Below, piece after piece: positions 28,642 to 46,081 of a stretch of 64,000 nucleotides of DNA. Source of the stretch: Octopus vulgaris (Eukaryota); NCBI GenBank assembly GCA_951406725.2, contig OX597819.1, forward strand, positions 110,484,001 to 110,548,000. The letters run 5' to 3'. How positions within the stretch are numbered: position 1 is the first letter of the stretch; each line of letters begins with the position of its first letter. The position numbers were made by a program, and so were the translations under genes. The notes beneath the pieces were generated by a model, which saw only the letters and a program-made list of their open reading frames with translations, was not told where the DNA came from and ran no database searches.

Positions 28642-29021
28642 AGGAAAGTAGTTTCCATCTGAGTGCGTGTGTGGTGTGTATGCGACTGTACATAAAAGTC
28701 GTAAAAAAGACACATGGCTTTTGTTCATTTGAGTAACGGCGATTACGTTTGGTGGTGGTGGTAATGGTGGCAGTAGAATGTGTTAGAGGTACCGTTGACT
28801 TATAGTAACAATGTTAATATAAACAAGTACTACCGCCTCTACCACCATTACCATCTCCCACGACGACCATCACCACCAGCACCACAGCCATCAACATCAC
28901 CGACTTTACTATTGCCGTCACTACTTCCACATCTTCCCAGAATGAGAAGAACGAATATATAAGAATGCTGTATGTGTGCGTATATGCATACATACAATAC
29001 GTATGTATGAATGTGCACGTA

Positions 29022-29064
<43 letters not shown>

Positions 29065-29295
29065 CTATGTATGCATGGTTGTATGTATGTATGTATGTAT
29101 GTATGTATGTATGTATGTATATATGTATGAATATATATATTTATGTGTGTATATTGCTGGGTTGAAATGGACACTACCAACTGTTAAAATGTTTCTTTTC
29201 GTGAGAGCCGAGGTATTCGTACAGATAGCTCTGTTGGAAAACACGTCTTAACATGGCGGCCTGAAGAATGTATGCATACATAAATTGAAACATGC

Positions 29296-29338
<43 letters not shown>

Positions 29339-29524
29339 TATGTGTGTGTGTGTGTGTCTGCGCCTATTTATGGCTATGCTTTTATTAGTTGATAATTGAC
29401 GTGGAACCCTAAGGGTCTTGCGTTTCGTGTCAAAACGTTTGCAAATCTGATGATCAGAAAGACAAAATTTCCTGATAAGTGTGTAGGAATATTTCAAAAT
29501 AGATATATTTTTTATATATAGATG

Positions 29525-29570
<46 letters not shown>

Positions 29571-29607
29571 AATGTATTTATGGATGTATATATGTATGTA
29601 TATACGC

Positions 29608-29647
<40 letters not shown>

Positions 29648-29768
29648 GCAAATTCATATATATGCATACATTCACACACACACATATATATACACACATG
29701 CACACACACACATATATATACATATATCTATATGTATATATATTCATATATATATATATATATGTATA

Positions 29769-29819
<51 letters not shown>

Positions 29820-29827
29820 CTATATAT

Positions 29828-31195
29828 AGCTGAAATTTACGGAAAAGTAATACACGAGGACAGGTATATGAACAACAAGCAAGTGTATTAGTTTGACGCT
29901 CGGGAAAGTGAAAAAGTCTTTTACGTCTCAAGCCTACGCTCTTCAAAAGAAAGGAATAAGAGAAAATAAACAAAGAGAGGGAACAGAAAAGCTCGTGAAT
30001 TTAGTAGTCAAGCATGACTGGTTAGAAACGGAAGGTTGATAGGAGAGGTTTACTGAAGGAGTGATAATAAAGTATTGCTGATCTCAAAACGAAGGTGCGC
30101 ATGCGTGTATTTGAGCATGTGTAAGGGTGTGTGACTTTGACGTGTGTAGTTGTGTGCGTGTGTATGTGAGTACGTCTGTAACGTGTGGGTGTGTGGATGA
30201 AGCTGTGTGGCTGTGCGGATGATGGTGTGTGGTCAGTGCTAGTGTGTGTGATGTGGGTGTGTTCGTGTGTGGGAATGGGGTGGTCAATGAAGAGAGAATG
30301 TGGATAGGAATGAAGAGAGGAAGTAGATGTCAGTTGAAGAGAGGAGAGGAGAGGTGGGTAAGAGTGAAGAGAGGAAGTAGATGTCAGATGAAGAGAAGAG
30401 AGGAGTGGATGAGAGTTAGATGAAGAGAAGAGGGGAGTTGAGTCCATTTGACGCAAAGGAGCGAAGATAGAGGATCAATTTTTGTTCACGGCGAAGGCGG
30501 GAGTCCAGATGGCCAATGTGCAAAGAAAATCCGAACACAGACAGGTGTTGTAGTGAATGACCGGTAGAGCGGAAATGGCGAGAGACCGGGGTGTTACTGC
30601 CTGTGAGGATTGTGGTGTTGGAGAGTTAGGGGCAAGTGCAGCAACATGAGTGGGAGCAGGGGAACGATTCAGGCTGGGAAGAAACTGTGAACCAGGAGGT
30701 TACACAGGTTGCGGGCCCGTTTGAAGGAGGTAAAGGGTAGGTTGGGGAAGATGTGCGAGGTGCAGGGATTGTACCATTAGGCTTGGAGAATGGTACATTG
30801 GCGGGCAAGGTAGAAGTGTGGTAGGGGATGGAAACGAGAGACAAGCAACAGTAGGACGGGTGCGGGGAGAGAGAGCAGAGGCACGGTCTACGAAACTTAC
30901 TTTGGCAAGGGCTGTGTGGATAGTGGTGAGGAGATATCCATGACGGATGAAGTGGCGAGCCATGAGTTGAGACTGAGTCTCAAAGTCATGGTTGTCACTG
31001 CAGAGCCTGTGCAGACGGAGGAATTGGGAGTAAGGGATGAAGAGCTTGGTGTGGGTAGGGTGGGAGGAGTAGAACTTAAGGTAGGAGTATGAGTCGGTAT
31101 GTTTGTAGTGGATGGAGGTAGTGAGAGGGAGTGCTGTATGTCGAAAGAAATGTCGAGAAATGCGACGGAAGGAGTCTAGTTGTTCGCGGGAATGA
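29828..31195 (-). mobile_element. Penelope-like retroelement remnant (RT C-terminus, Cys-rich linker, GIY-YIG C-terminus, 3' terminal region)
   Basis: Peptides VAFLDIS, TSIHYKHTDSYSYLKFYSSHPTHTKLFIPYSQFLRLHRLCS, FPCSHSCCCTCP and PVSRHFRSTGHSLQHLSVFG..RREQKLILYLRSFASNGLN. The GIY-YIG core is deleted; a decayed hammerhead lies near 29916-29950; both ends sit in (TA)n. Confidence 0.92.
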
Positions 31196-31278
31196 ATATA
31201 TATATATTTATATATATATATATATACCTTTACAACACACACACACAGACATATATATGCATACATACACACTTAAAT

Positions 31279-31317
<39 letters not shown>

Positions 31318-31395
31318 CAGAGAGATTGTGTGTGAAAATGAGTGAGAGGGTAAGTGAGAAATAGATCGAGTGAACAAACATGCATATACATACAT

Positions 31396-31428
<33 letters not shown>

Positions 31429-31500
31429 CATGTGCACAAATATATACATGTGTGTGTAAATATATACATGCATATATATGTATATATATATGTGTATATA

Positions 31501-31587
<87 letters not shown>

Positions 31588-32123
31588 ATGTATGTATGTA
31601 TAGAAAGAGCAAAAGGTGAAGGGAGATTGTGACAATAATCACTACATATATAAGTAATTCAAATCGGTTTAGTGTTCTAGTAACAGTTTATTCGAAGTTG
31701 TCAGTCAACACTATAACACGGTAATATAACAAGAATCACACAAGATAAGAGCGAGAAAACATCAAGATCTTTTCTGACGTCACTCATGTTTTCTTCCGAC
31801 ATATAAATTTTTCTTTTTGCATACAACATGGCTGCAAGTTTAGGTGCGTTTTGAAGAATTCCTGTTTGGAAATGAGTGGCTGCGGGTTTGAACTGATTTA
31901 CTTAGAGTCACTTCCACTCTACATCACACCACTACGAATTTAGCATGAGGGCAATTATTGGCGAAACTTCGAAGTTCCTGCCAGCGGGATTATTTATATC
32001 TGGTTCTATATCTATAGTGAAATCATTGTGCTAATAAACATATCCTTTAACTGTGTTTGTTTGTTTCAGTGTGTGTGTATGTGAGTGTGTATGTGTGTGT
32101 GTATGTGTGTGTGCGTGTGTGTG

Positions 32124-32336
32124 TTCTTTTATTCTTTTACTTGTTTCTGTCAATTGACTGCGGCCATGCTGGAGCACTGCCTTGCTTCTTTCAGTTTCCG
32201 TCTACCTAATCTAGTCACAAGATTTTGGTCGCCCCTAGGCTATAATTGAAGAGACTTATCCGAGGTGCCACGCAGTGGGACTGAACCCAGAACTATACGG
32301 TTGGAAAGCAAGTTTCTTACCACACAGCCACGCCTA
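32124..32336 (-). mobile_element. SINE family A, internally deleted
   Basis: Tail joined directly to the CORE-like domain and head. Confidence 0.8.
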
Positions 32337-32914
32337 TATATATATATATATCATAATCATACAATCAGCATGGCAGCTCGCACTGCAAATTAGTTGGCAA
32401 AGCAGACACTACTTACTTTTAAGCTGATACTTACGGCTAAGTGATGGAGACATAAACAAACCAACATCGGTTGTCCAGCGGTATAGGGCAGAAACACAAA
32501 CTCAAAAACTTCTGGGATCGATTAAAATAAAGTAGCAACTCAGTAATGGTGTTGACATCTTCTTCTTCTTCTTCTTCTTCTTCTTCTTCTTCTTCTTCTT
32601 CTTCTTCTTCTTCTTCTTCTTCTTCTTCTTCTTCTTCACTGTCTCACACTCTTTCACACTATAAGAAATTGACTTTGTTCTGACTTGGTCAGGGATGAGT
32701 ACCACGAAGGTTACACTACCCAAAACACACCGTATATCAAAAGGGCGCTCAAACCAAACGACTTTCCCAACTGATCAGGGTCCACCACCACCATACATAT
32801 ATATATATATATATACATATATAATAAATATATAAGAGATCACTTCAGGATTTATCAGATGTCGTGGCATCTAAATATTTCTAGAAACCTGAGGATTTAT
32901 ATAATACCGTATTA

Positions 32915-33088
32915 GCATCTGATACAGCTTGGCACCTGTGACGTCGCAACTCATTTCTACAGCTGAGTGAACTGGAGCAACGTGAAATAAAGTGTCTTGC
33001 TCAAGAACACAACACGCAACCCAGTCCGGGATTCGAACTCACAACCTCGCGATCGTAAGCTCGACGCTCTAACCACTGAGCCATGCGC

Positions 33089-33093
<5 letters not shown>
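32915..33093 (-). mobile_element. SINE family C 5' part
   Basis: TGGCTCAGTGGTTAGAGCG...GAGTTCGAATCCC, canonical Pol III A and B boxes. Confidence 0.9.
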
Positions 33094-33152
<59 letters not shown>

Positions 33153-33318
33153 CGTTTATACATAGACATATTACATGTATAGGCATTATATATACGTTGT
33201 GTATGTGTGAATATCGCCGTGTGCGTGTGTGGGTGTATATAATTATAACACGTAGGAGAATACATGCATATATATGCATATCTAAATATGTGTGTGTATG
33301 TAAGTATATAAATATAAT

Positions 33319-33350
<32 letters not shown>

Positions 33351-34012
33351 ATATATGTATATGTGTATACATATATATGTACACATACGCATATGTGTGT
33401 GAATACACACATACACACATATATATATATATAAGTATATATATATATGTACACACACATACATAATACATACATACACGCATGCACACACTTGCTTAAG
33501 GGAACAGGTGACATTAATTCACGCACCACTGGTTGATGCATGTTCAGACTGTTAGCTCTTGTAGGTCAACATGCTGGGCCTTTTGTGCAGTGATATTTTA
33601 AGGGCGTTAACAACGACAATACGCCTGAATCACAACAAAAAAAAAAAAAATCAGCATGAGCGATAATCGAGCGAAGAAAGGTGCAAGGATGCTTCTGTGA
33701 AGATAGATGTACGTAGTGTGTGTGTGTGTGTGTATGTGTGTGTGTGTATTGGTGTGAGTGCATGTGTCTGTGTGTGAATTGATACGCGTTTTTTATATTC
33801 TAAATATTGGTGGAGGTGGTGGTGGTGGTGGTGGCGGCGGCGGTGGTGATGGTGGTTGTGGTGGTGATAGTAGTGGTGGGTGTGGTTCTCGTGGTATCTT
33901 ATATATAGGAATTGTTCTCATAAATATATATATATATATATATTCACTGCTAAAGGCGGTGCTCCAGCATGGCCGCAGTGAAATGATTGAAACAAGTAAA
34001 AGAGAATATATA

Positions 34013-34073
<61 letters not shown>

Positions 34074-34904
34074 ATATTCACAATACCGACGTTGTATGGT
34101 CACCACCTCCACCATCACTACCAACACCATTCACAAACTCTATCACTGCCAGCATCATAACCATAATCCTAACCACGACCACAACCACCGCCACCAAAAC
34201 CCATAAACCTTCACATCTTCCCTTATTCTCTCCGAGGGCCCCTATTCTTTCTTTAGGTTTTCTCATATTCTTATCTACTTCCCAACGTATCAGGTATCTA
34301 CTTCACAATGCAAGGCTCTCTCTCTTTCTCTCTGTCCCTCGCACAAACACACTCACATACACACACATACATATATGTAGATGTATATATATATGCATAT
34401 ATAGGTATTTATGCAGATTATATATGCATATATACATATATAATAAACATACATATATATCCGTTCGTGTATGTATATATGTTTATATATGCATACGTCT
34501 ACATTTAAACATATATGTGCAAATACATATTTATACATATACATATTCATACATACACACATACATACATAGATATATGTGTATATATATGCATACACAT
34601 ACATACACATATATATATGCACATATAATATATGCATAAGCATATGAGTAGATAAATATTTTGACATATGTATGCAGTTGATATATATGTCAATAGAGGA
34701 TATACACGAGAGAGAGGAAAAATATCTACTGGCCTGGATATTTGTTAAACACTTTCAGAGGTCAACAGATATTACCTTTACAGTATATAACATATTATGC
34801 ATTCCTGCATAAGTATATGATATATATATATATGTGTGTGTGTGTGTGTATGTGTGTGCATGCATGTATATATATAGATAGATAGGCATACAGATATAGA
34901 TATA

Positions 34905-35200
34905 TAAGCGCATGGCTCAGTAGTTAGAACGTCAAGGTCACAATCATGAGGTAGTGAGTTCGATCCCTGGAGCGGGCCGTGTGTTGAGTTCTTGAGCAAG
35001 ACACTTTATTCCACGTTACTCCTTTTCATTCAGCTATAAAAATGAGCTGCGACGTCCCTGGCGCCGTGTTGTATCGGCGTTTGCCTTTTCCTTAGATAGC
35101 ATTGGTGGCGCGAAGAGGGGAACTGGTATGCCTTTTCCCGGACTAATGCTTCGGACAGTAACTTTCTAGTTGCAATCCCATTGTCATTCATGACCGAAGC
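34905..35200 (+). mobile_element. SINE family C
   Basis: TGGCTCAGTAGTTAG...GAGTTCGATCCC...TTCTTGAGCAAGACACTTTATT. Confidence 0.8.
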
Positions 35201-35337
35201 TTACCAACCACATGGTTTCGGGTTCAGTCCTACTGCGCGACACCTTGGTCAAATATATTCTACTACAGTCTCAGGCCAACCAAAGTCTTGTGAGTGGATT
35301 TGATAGACAGAAACTGAAAGGCTGTCGTGTATATATA

Positions 35338-35399
<62 letters not shown>

Positions 35400-35652
35400 C
35401 ATACATATATACATATATACATATGTGTGTGTGTGTGTGTGTGTGTATGTTTGTGTGTCTGTATTTGTCCTCCCACTATCACTTGACAACCGATGGTGGT
35501 GTGTTTACGTCCCCGTAAGTTAGCGGTTTGGGAAAAGAGACCAATAGGATAAGTACTAGGCTTACAAAGAACATGTCCTGGGGTCGATTTCTTCGACTAG
35601 AAGGCGGTGCTCCAGCGTGGCCGCAATCAAATGACTGAAACAAGTAAAAGAA
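35200..35652 (+). mobile_element. SINE family A
   Basis: Colinear with 45189-45632. Confidence 0.9.
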
Positions 35653-35712
35653 TATACGTATCTTTCTATTTACCTATCTATCAGTTTATTTCTGCCTGTC
35701 TGTCTGTCTCAC

Positions 35713-35746
<34 letters not shown>

Positions 35747-35779
35747 TGTATGTATGTATGTATGTATGTATGTATGTAT

Positions 35780-36191
35780 ATTCTTTTATTCTTTTGTTTG
35801 TTTCAGTCATTTGACTTTGGCCATGCTGGAGCACCACCTTTAGTCGAACAAATCGACCCCAAGGCTTATTTTTTGTGAGCCTAGTACTTATTCTATCGGT
35901 CTCTTTTGCCGAATCGCTAAGTTACGGGGACGGAAATACACCAGCATCGGTTGTCAAGCGATGTTGGGGGGACAAAGACATTCATACAAACATATACACA
36001 CACATGCACAAATACATATATATATATATATACGTCTGGCTTCTTTCAGTTTCCGTCTACCAAATCCTCTCACAAGGCTTTGGTCGTCCCGAGACTATAG
36101 TAGAAGACACTTGCCCAAGATGCCACGCAGTGGGACTGAACCTGAAACCATGTGGTTGGTAAGCAAGCTACCACACAGCCACTCCTGCGCT
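35780..36191 (-). mobile_element. SINE family A, full length
   Basis: Colinear with 45189-45632. Confidence 0.92.
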
Positions 36192-36288
36192 TATACCTAC
36201 AACAAAGTAAAATCGGAAGGTGCCGCAGGATTGAAAATATATAGTGAAAAGGATTTGAAAATGCAGATATCTTTTAAAGATGTTTATT

Positions 36289-36498
36289 GACTTGATCGGT
36301 TTCACTTTTATTTAAAAATAAAATTTCAAAAGTGCAAGTCTTTGTGCAGCCTTACACTTGTGTGTTTAAATACAGTGATAAAGTCTTTGACTATAAGAAA
36401 ATGTTAAGAGAGGCTTTGTGTTTAAACAGTTTACATAAAAGTGTTCAAAATAGGCAGGAAAAATAAGATCATAATTGTTTATAAGTTCGTCAGAAATC
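36289..36498 (-). ncRNA. Minimal type I hammerhead with ~170-nt loop II
   Basis: GAUUU-CUGACGA-ACUUAUA...UAAAAGU-GAAA-CCGA-UC-AAGUC. Confidence 0.55.
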
Positions 36499-36518
36499 AT
36501 AATTGCTTATAAGCATAT

Positions 36519-36782
36519 ACTCTTTTACTCTTTTACTCTTTTGCTTGTTTCAGTCATTTGACTGCGGCTATGCTGGAGCACCGCCTTTAGTCGAGCAAAT
36601 CGACCCCAGGACTCATTCTTTGTAAGCCTAGTACTTATTCTATCGGTCTCTTTTGCCGAACCGCTAAGTTACGGTGACGTAAACACACCAGCATCGGTTG
36701 TCAAGCGATGCTGGGGGAACAAACATAGACACATAAACATACACACACACACACGCATACACACACACACACACACACACAT

Positions 36783-36813
<31 letters not shown>

Positions 36814-36986
36814 CACATATATATGACGGGCTTCTTTCAGTTTCCGTCTACCATATCCACTCACAAGGCTTTGGTTGGCCCGAGGCTATAGTAGAAGACA
36901 CTTGCCTAAGATGCCACGCAGTGCGACTGAACCCGGAACCATGTTGTTGGTAAGCAAGCTACTTACCAGACATCCACTCCAACGCC
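36519..36986 (-). mobile_element. SINE family A, full length
   Basis: Colinear with 45189-45632; (GAGTAAAA)n tail. Confidence 0.92.
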
Positions 36987-37265
36987 TATATACAGAAAGA
37001 ATTTGTAGAGAGCATTTGATAGGAGAAAGCGTACATTACTTTGTCAAAGGTTCATCAGAAATCATAATTGTTTATAAAGGTTATAGAGGAATGACCAACG
37101 ACTAACCTTCATCCTTCATCACCAGTCTTGTATATGTGTTTTACAAGGATGGTTGTTGCGATTTTCTAAAAATGGCAACCATCCTTGTAATACGCATACA
37201 GAAGAGTGGCGATGAAGGAAAAGTTTGGTCATTGGTCATTCCTCCAAAGTCTTTTAAAGAATTAT

Positions 37266-37490
37266 GTTTTCTGACGAACCTATAAACAATTATGAACTTA
37301 ATTTAATGCCTATTTTGAACGTCTGTTTAAACCCAAAGCCTCTCTTAACATTTTCTTATCATTGTCGAATACTCTAACACTCTATTTAATACATATACGT
37401 TAACTAATTTTTAACACCACAAAGTCTACACAAAGCTTTGCACTTTACTTTTGAAAATCTTTTTTTTTTTAATGGGAAACCGGTCAAGTC
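37266..37490 (+). ncRNA. Minimal type I hammerhead with ~190-nt loop II
   Basis: GUUUU-CUGACGAA-CC...GG-GAAA-CCGG-UC-AAGUC; palindromic stem III (ACCGGU). Confidence 0.55.
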
Positions 37491-37536
37491 AATAAACATC
37501 TTTAAAAGATCTCTGCTTTTCAAATCCTCTTCTCTA

Positions 37537-37610
<74 letters not shown>

Positions 37611-37755
37611 GCTACATACATACACATACATACATACATCATCCATTCATACATCTATCCATCCATCCATACATACATACATACAACTTACACAATGATA
37701 TACATGTCGGAATACATATATAAGCAAACATATTCTATATCTATATCTATGATAG

Positions 37756-38270
<515 letters not shown>

Positions 38271-38442
38271 TATATACATGTATATATATTTAAGTGTATA
38301 AGTATAAATATAAAATTATAAATAAGGACGCTGGAGGGACAACACCAGTACGCTAGAAGATGACAGATGTCTACAAACCATTCTAAATTTGTTCTTTTTA
38401 AACAGGAGGTTGAATGCGAGGAAATGGACAACGATATATTTA

Positions 38443-38483
<41 letters not shown>

Positions 38484-38534
38484 CGTTTTGGATTTGGTTT
38501 GCAAGATTCTTTGTGTGAGATCGTGTGTTGAAGC

Positions 38535-38653
38535 ATATTCTGTTGTGTCTGGGGAGAGCCATTTTCTTTTGGTACGTTATAATTAAAATTACTCAGCGGT
38601 GAGTGTGTTAAATTATAAGGCACAAAAGAGAATCACTCTCCCCAGACAAAACA

Positions 38654-38660
<7 letters not shown>
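38535..38660. repeat. 126-bp near-spacerless imperfect palindrome within (TA)n
   Basis: Arms include TGTCTGGGGAGAG/CTCTCCCCAGACA; centre ACTCAGC|GGTGAGT. Confidence 0.9.
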
Positions 38661-38720
<60 letters not shown>

Positions 38721-38959
38721 TGTATGTATGTATGTATGTATGTATGTATGAATGTATGTATCCTATTTTATTATCTTTCAGCTATTACTGTGCTTTATAA
38801 CCAAGTAGTAGGGCTTAGCGCCTGATGATCGCTATGGCTTGAAACTTGATAGGTAAGAAAAGTATTAAAGAAACTGCACACTCTATGCCATGCACTCTGT
38901 ACTCTCTTCGATATTCGACACTCTCCCTATATGTTTGATGAGCGTGTGTATAATGTAGA

Positions 38960-43315
<4,356 letters not shown>

Positions 43316-43384
43316 AAATATATATATATATACATATACACATACATATAGATGTATATATATGTATATATATATGTGTATGTG

Positions 43385-43590
43385 CAGTGACCGCGTGTGT
43401 ACCGATGACGATTTTTTTCCTCTGTCTTCCCTTCTCTGGATCTTTCCTTCTCCTATGTTTCCGACGAAGAGCTCCGCTCGAAACGTTAAACCCTCCTTCT
43501 TTCCTTCTTTCCTGAGCGTCCAAATAATACTATATTTGTTCCACGTCCTCGCGTTGTTGTGTTTTTTTGTGCTTTCTTGTTTGGATTAAC
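43385..43590 (+). mobile_element. PLE-type terminal repeat fragment with minimal hammerhead
   Basis: Flanked by (TA)n; 3' end shared with 23942-24033 and 41563-41628. Confidence 0.8.
43457..43491 (+). ncRNA. Minimal type I hammerhead ribozyme (U4C variant, palindromic stem III)
   Basis: GUUU-CCGACGAA-GAGC-ucc-GCUC-GAAA-CG-UU-AAAC. Confidence 0.7.
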
Positions 43591-43597
43591 TATATAT

Positions 43598-43657
<60 letters not shown>

Positions 43658-43665
43658 GTGTATAA

Positions 43666-43735
<70 letters not shown>

Positions 43736-44359
43736 GAAATACCGCTACGCATTTCGCCCGGCGCGCTAACGTTTCTGCCAGCTCGCTGCCTTACAATGAA
43801 TGTATATTAACGGTACATGTGTCTGTAATGTACTTAGTAACACAAAAATTAGGTACTGCAGTAGATGGCACTTTTGAAACACCCTTTGTGAAAGTTGAAG
43901 AATGTGTATTTTATATTGCGAGGATAAAGCCAATATGTTACGCAGGTGAATCATCTTGTATCTCTAAAATTCAGGCAATCCCGACGCATTCATTTTTCCC
44001 CCTATCGTCTTCTTTGGTACGCCGAAACTCCTCGGCCACACAATAGCTATTATACCGACTCCTTTCTACCCTGAAAATCGGCTCTCAAAAACCTTCTCCT
44101 TGCATTTGCCTTTTCTGAAGGTGTTGGCTTACAACTGTTTAAACGCCACATTAATGGCACCGCACTCACTGCAACGATCATGGGAAATACCCATTCCTTC
44201 AGTATCAATAAATAGAAATGAAATCAGTATTCACACAATCATAAAAAAATCTGCTTCCTCCCAAACTCAGACGGACGCACGTACACATGCACATTTGAAA
44301 ACACATACAAAAGCTTACTACTTTATATAAAGTTGAATATCAACTTCAGATTTATGTAG

Positions 44360-44390
<31 letters not shown>

Positions 44391-44695
44391 GTGGTCAGCA
44401 ACTTCCTGTTACTGGCCGGCTGATGAAGGGAATAAATGAATGCATTTATAGGCTTGTATCTTCAAGGAATATGCAAATATGTACAGGATAAAAACGACTA
44501 TGTCACACTTGAAAGGAAGATTACACCAGCTGGCAACAAATACATTTGAATCATGTATTTAATGCTAATTGACTGACGAAGTATCCGTGAAATAAGTGAG
44601 ATACTTGTGGATATTGAACAGAAGTGTGAAATAGTAGTATTAAAACCTCAAAGTCTATAAACAGTACCGCTGCTATAGAGTGTAATTAGTTGGGC

Positions 44696-44959
44696 AAGAG
44701 GTTCTTAAAGTGGGCGATAATGTCCCCTTGAGTGCAGTGGAAAGGTCCAGGGGACGAAGAAGAAAAGTGGGGTGATAATGGGGTGGCCGAAAAGGAGAAA
44801 TGGATGTAAAAAGCCCCAAATAATGGGTAAATGCAGTTGTACAGAATTTGCCGCAGAAATGGGTCTGTGTTTGTGTTGGTGAGTTGGGTGGATGGAGGTG
44901 CTAGGAATGTAGCCTGAGTGCCAAGGGGGCGGCAGGCTGAAGAGGCTTTTAGATCACTG
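44696..44959 (+). mobile_element. Decayed hAT-Charlie-type MITE
   Basis: Ends CAAGAGGTTCTTAAAGTGGGCG ... GGCTTTTAGATCACTG resemble CAGTGGTTCYCAAA-type TIRs. Confidence 0.5.
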
Positions 44960-45188
44960 AGTTAGACCTTCAGCTAGAAAGCGATAGATTCGTAGATGAG
45001 TCTCACAAGAGGATTTGTTCTTTTTCACTATCACATTGGCGTCTGTGATATTTCTCCTTTACTCTCTCTCTTTCTTTCCTTCTCACCACATACATACGCA
45101 CATACAGACACATGCGCGCAGGCATGCTAACACATATGCTTATGCACCTTCTCGTACACTATTCTCGGAATTACATCCTCAATATTTA

Positions 45189-45359
45189 GGCGCAGGAATG
45201 GCTGTGTGGTAAGTAGTTTGCTTACCAAACACATAGTTCCGGGTTCATTCCCACTGCATGGCACTTTGGTTAAGTGACTTCCACTATAGCCTCAGGCCGA
45301 CCAAAGCCTTGTGAGTGTATTTGGTAGACAGAAACTGAAAGAAGCCCGTCGTATATATG

Positions 45360-45407
<48 letters not shown>

Positions 45408-45632
45408 TGTGTGTATGTGTGTGTGTATGTTTGTGTCTGCGTTTGTCCCCCCAACATCGCTTGACGACCGATGGTGGTATGTTTACGTCCCCGTAACTTA
45501 GCGGTTCGGCAAAAGATCCCGATAGAATAAGTACTAGGCTTACAAAGAATAAACCCTGGGATCGATCTGCCCGACTAATGGCGGTGCTCCAGCATGGCCG
45601 CAGTCAAATGACTGAAACAAGTAAAAGAGAGT
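45189..45632 (+). mobile_element. SINE family A, reference full-length copy
   Basis: A-box TGGCTGTGTGG, B-box GGTTCATTCC, CORE-like domain, internal (TA)n(TG)n, Meta-like segment and CR1-like 3' tail. Confidence 0.93.
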
Positions 45633-45634
45633 AA

Positions 45635-45672
<38 letters not shown>

Positions 45673-46081
45673 CTCAACACACACCTTCAATTCCGTGAGT
45701 TCAAATTCAAACCTGATTTTCTCGACCACTTTGACGTAAAAAGTACACCCCACCTCACCTTTGAGAAATATTTAGTTCAAAATTTACGATTCATCATTGT
45801 TTACACTATACCTGGTATTTTACATTACGTCAGTTACAAATGTACGTAAGCAGGTATATTTCGAGCAACTTCCTGTTACTGGCCGGCTGATGAAGGGAAT
45901 AAATGAATGCATTTATAGGCTTGTATCTTCCAGGAATATACAAATATGTACAGGATAAAAACGACTATGTCACACTTGAAAGGAAGATTACACCAGCTGG
46001 CAACAAATGTGGATTATACAAATCAAAAATAAAACTATAAAATATATCATTGTCAACAGTTGAGATATGGTCTCTATATGA

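Larger units (their letters stand above)
36238..37538. mobile_element. Fold-back (head-to-head) element with ~370-bp arms, PLE inverted terminal repeat-like, interrupted by a SINE
   Basis: 36238-36510 plus 37058-37160 is the reverse complement of 37170-37538; centre TTACAAGGATGGTTG/CAACCATCCTTGTAA. Confidence 0.85.
44397..46008 (+). repeat. Pair of 145-bp direct repeats (44397-44541, 45864-46008) with a hammerhead-like core
   Basis: Copies differ at two positions by eye; each contains CTGATGA and a distal GAAA. Confidence 0.85.

Noticed and set aside
29255-29300. CTGAAGA..GAAA-CATG motif; a similar one at 38822-38856
   Set aside because: Stem I or the NUH site is missing; at best decayed remnants.
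32990-33093. tRNA gene
   Set aside because: The A and B boxes continue into a SINE body shared with other copies; no proper acceptor stem.
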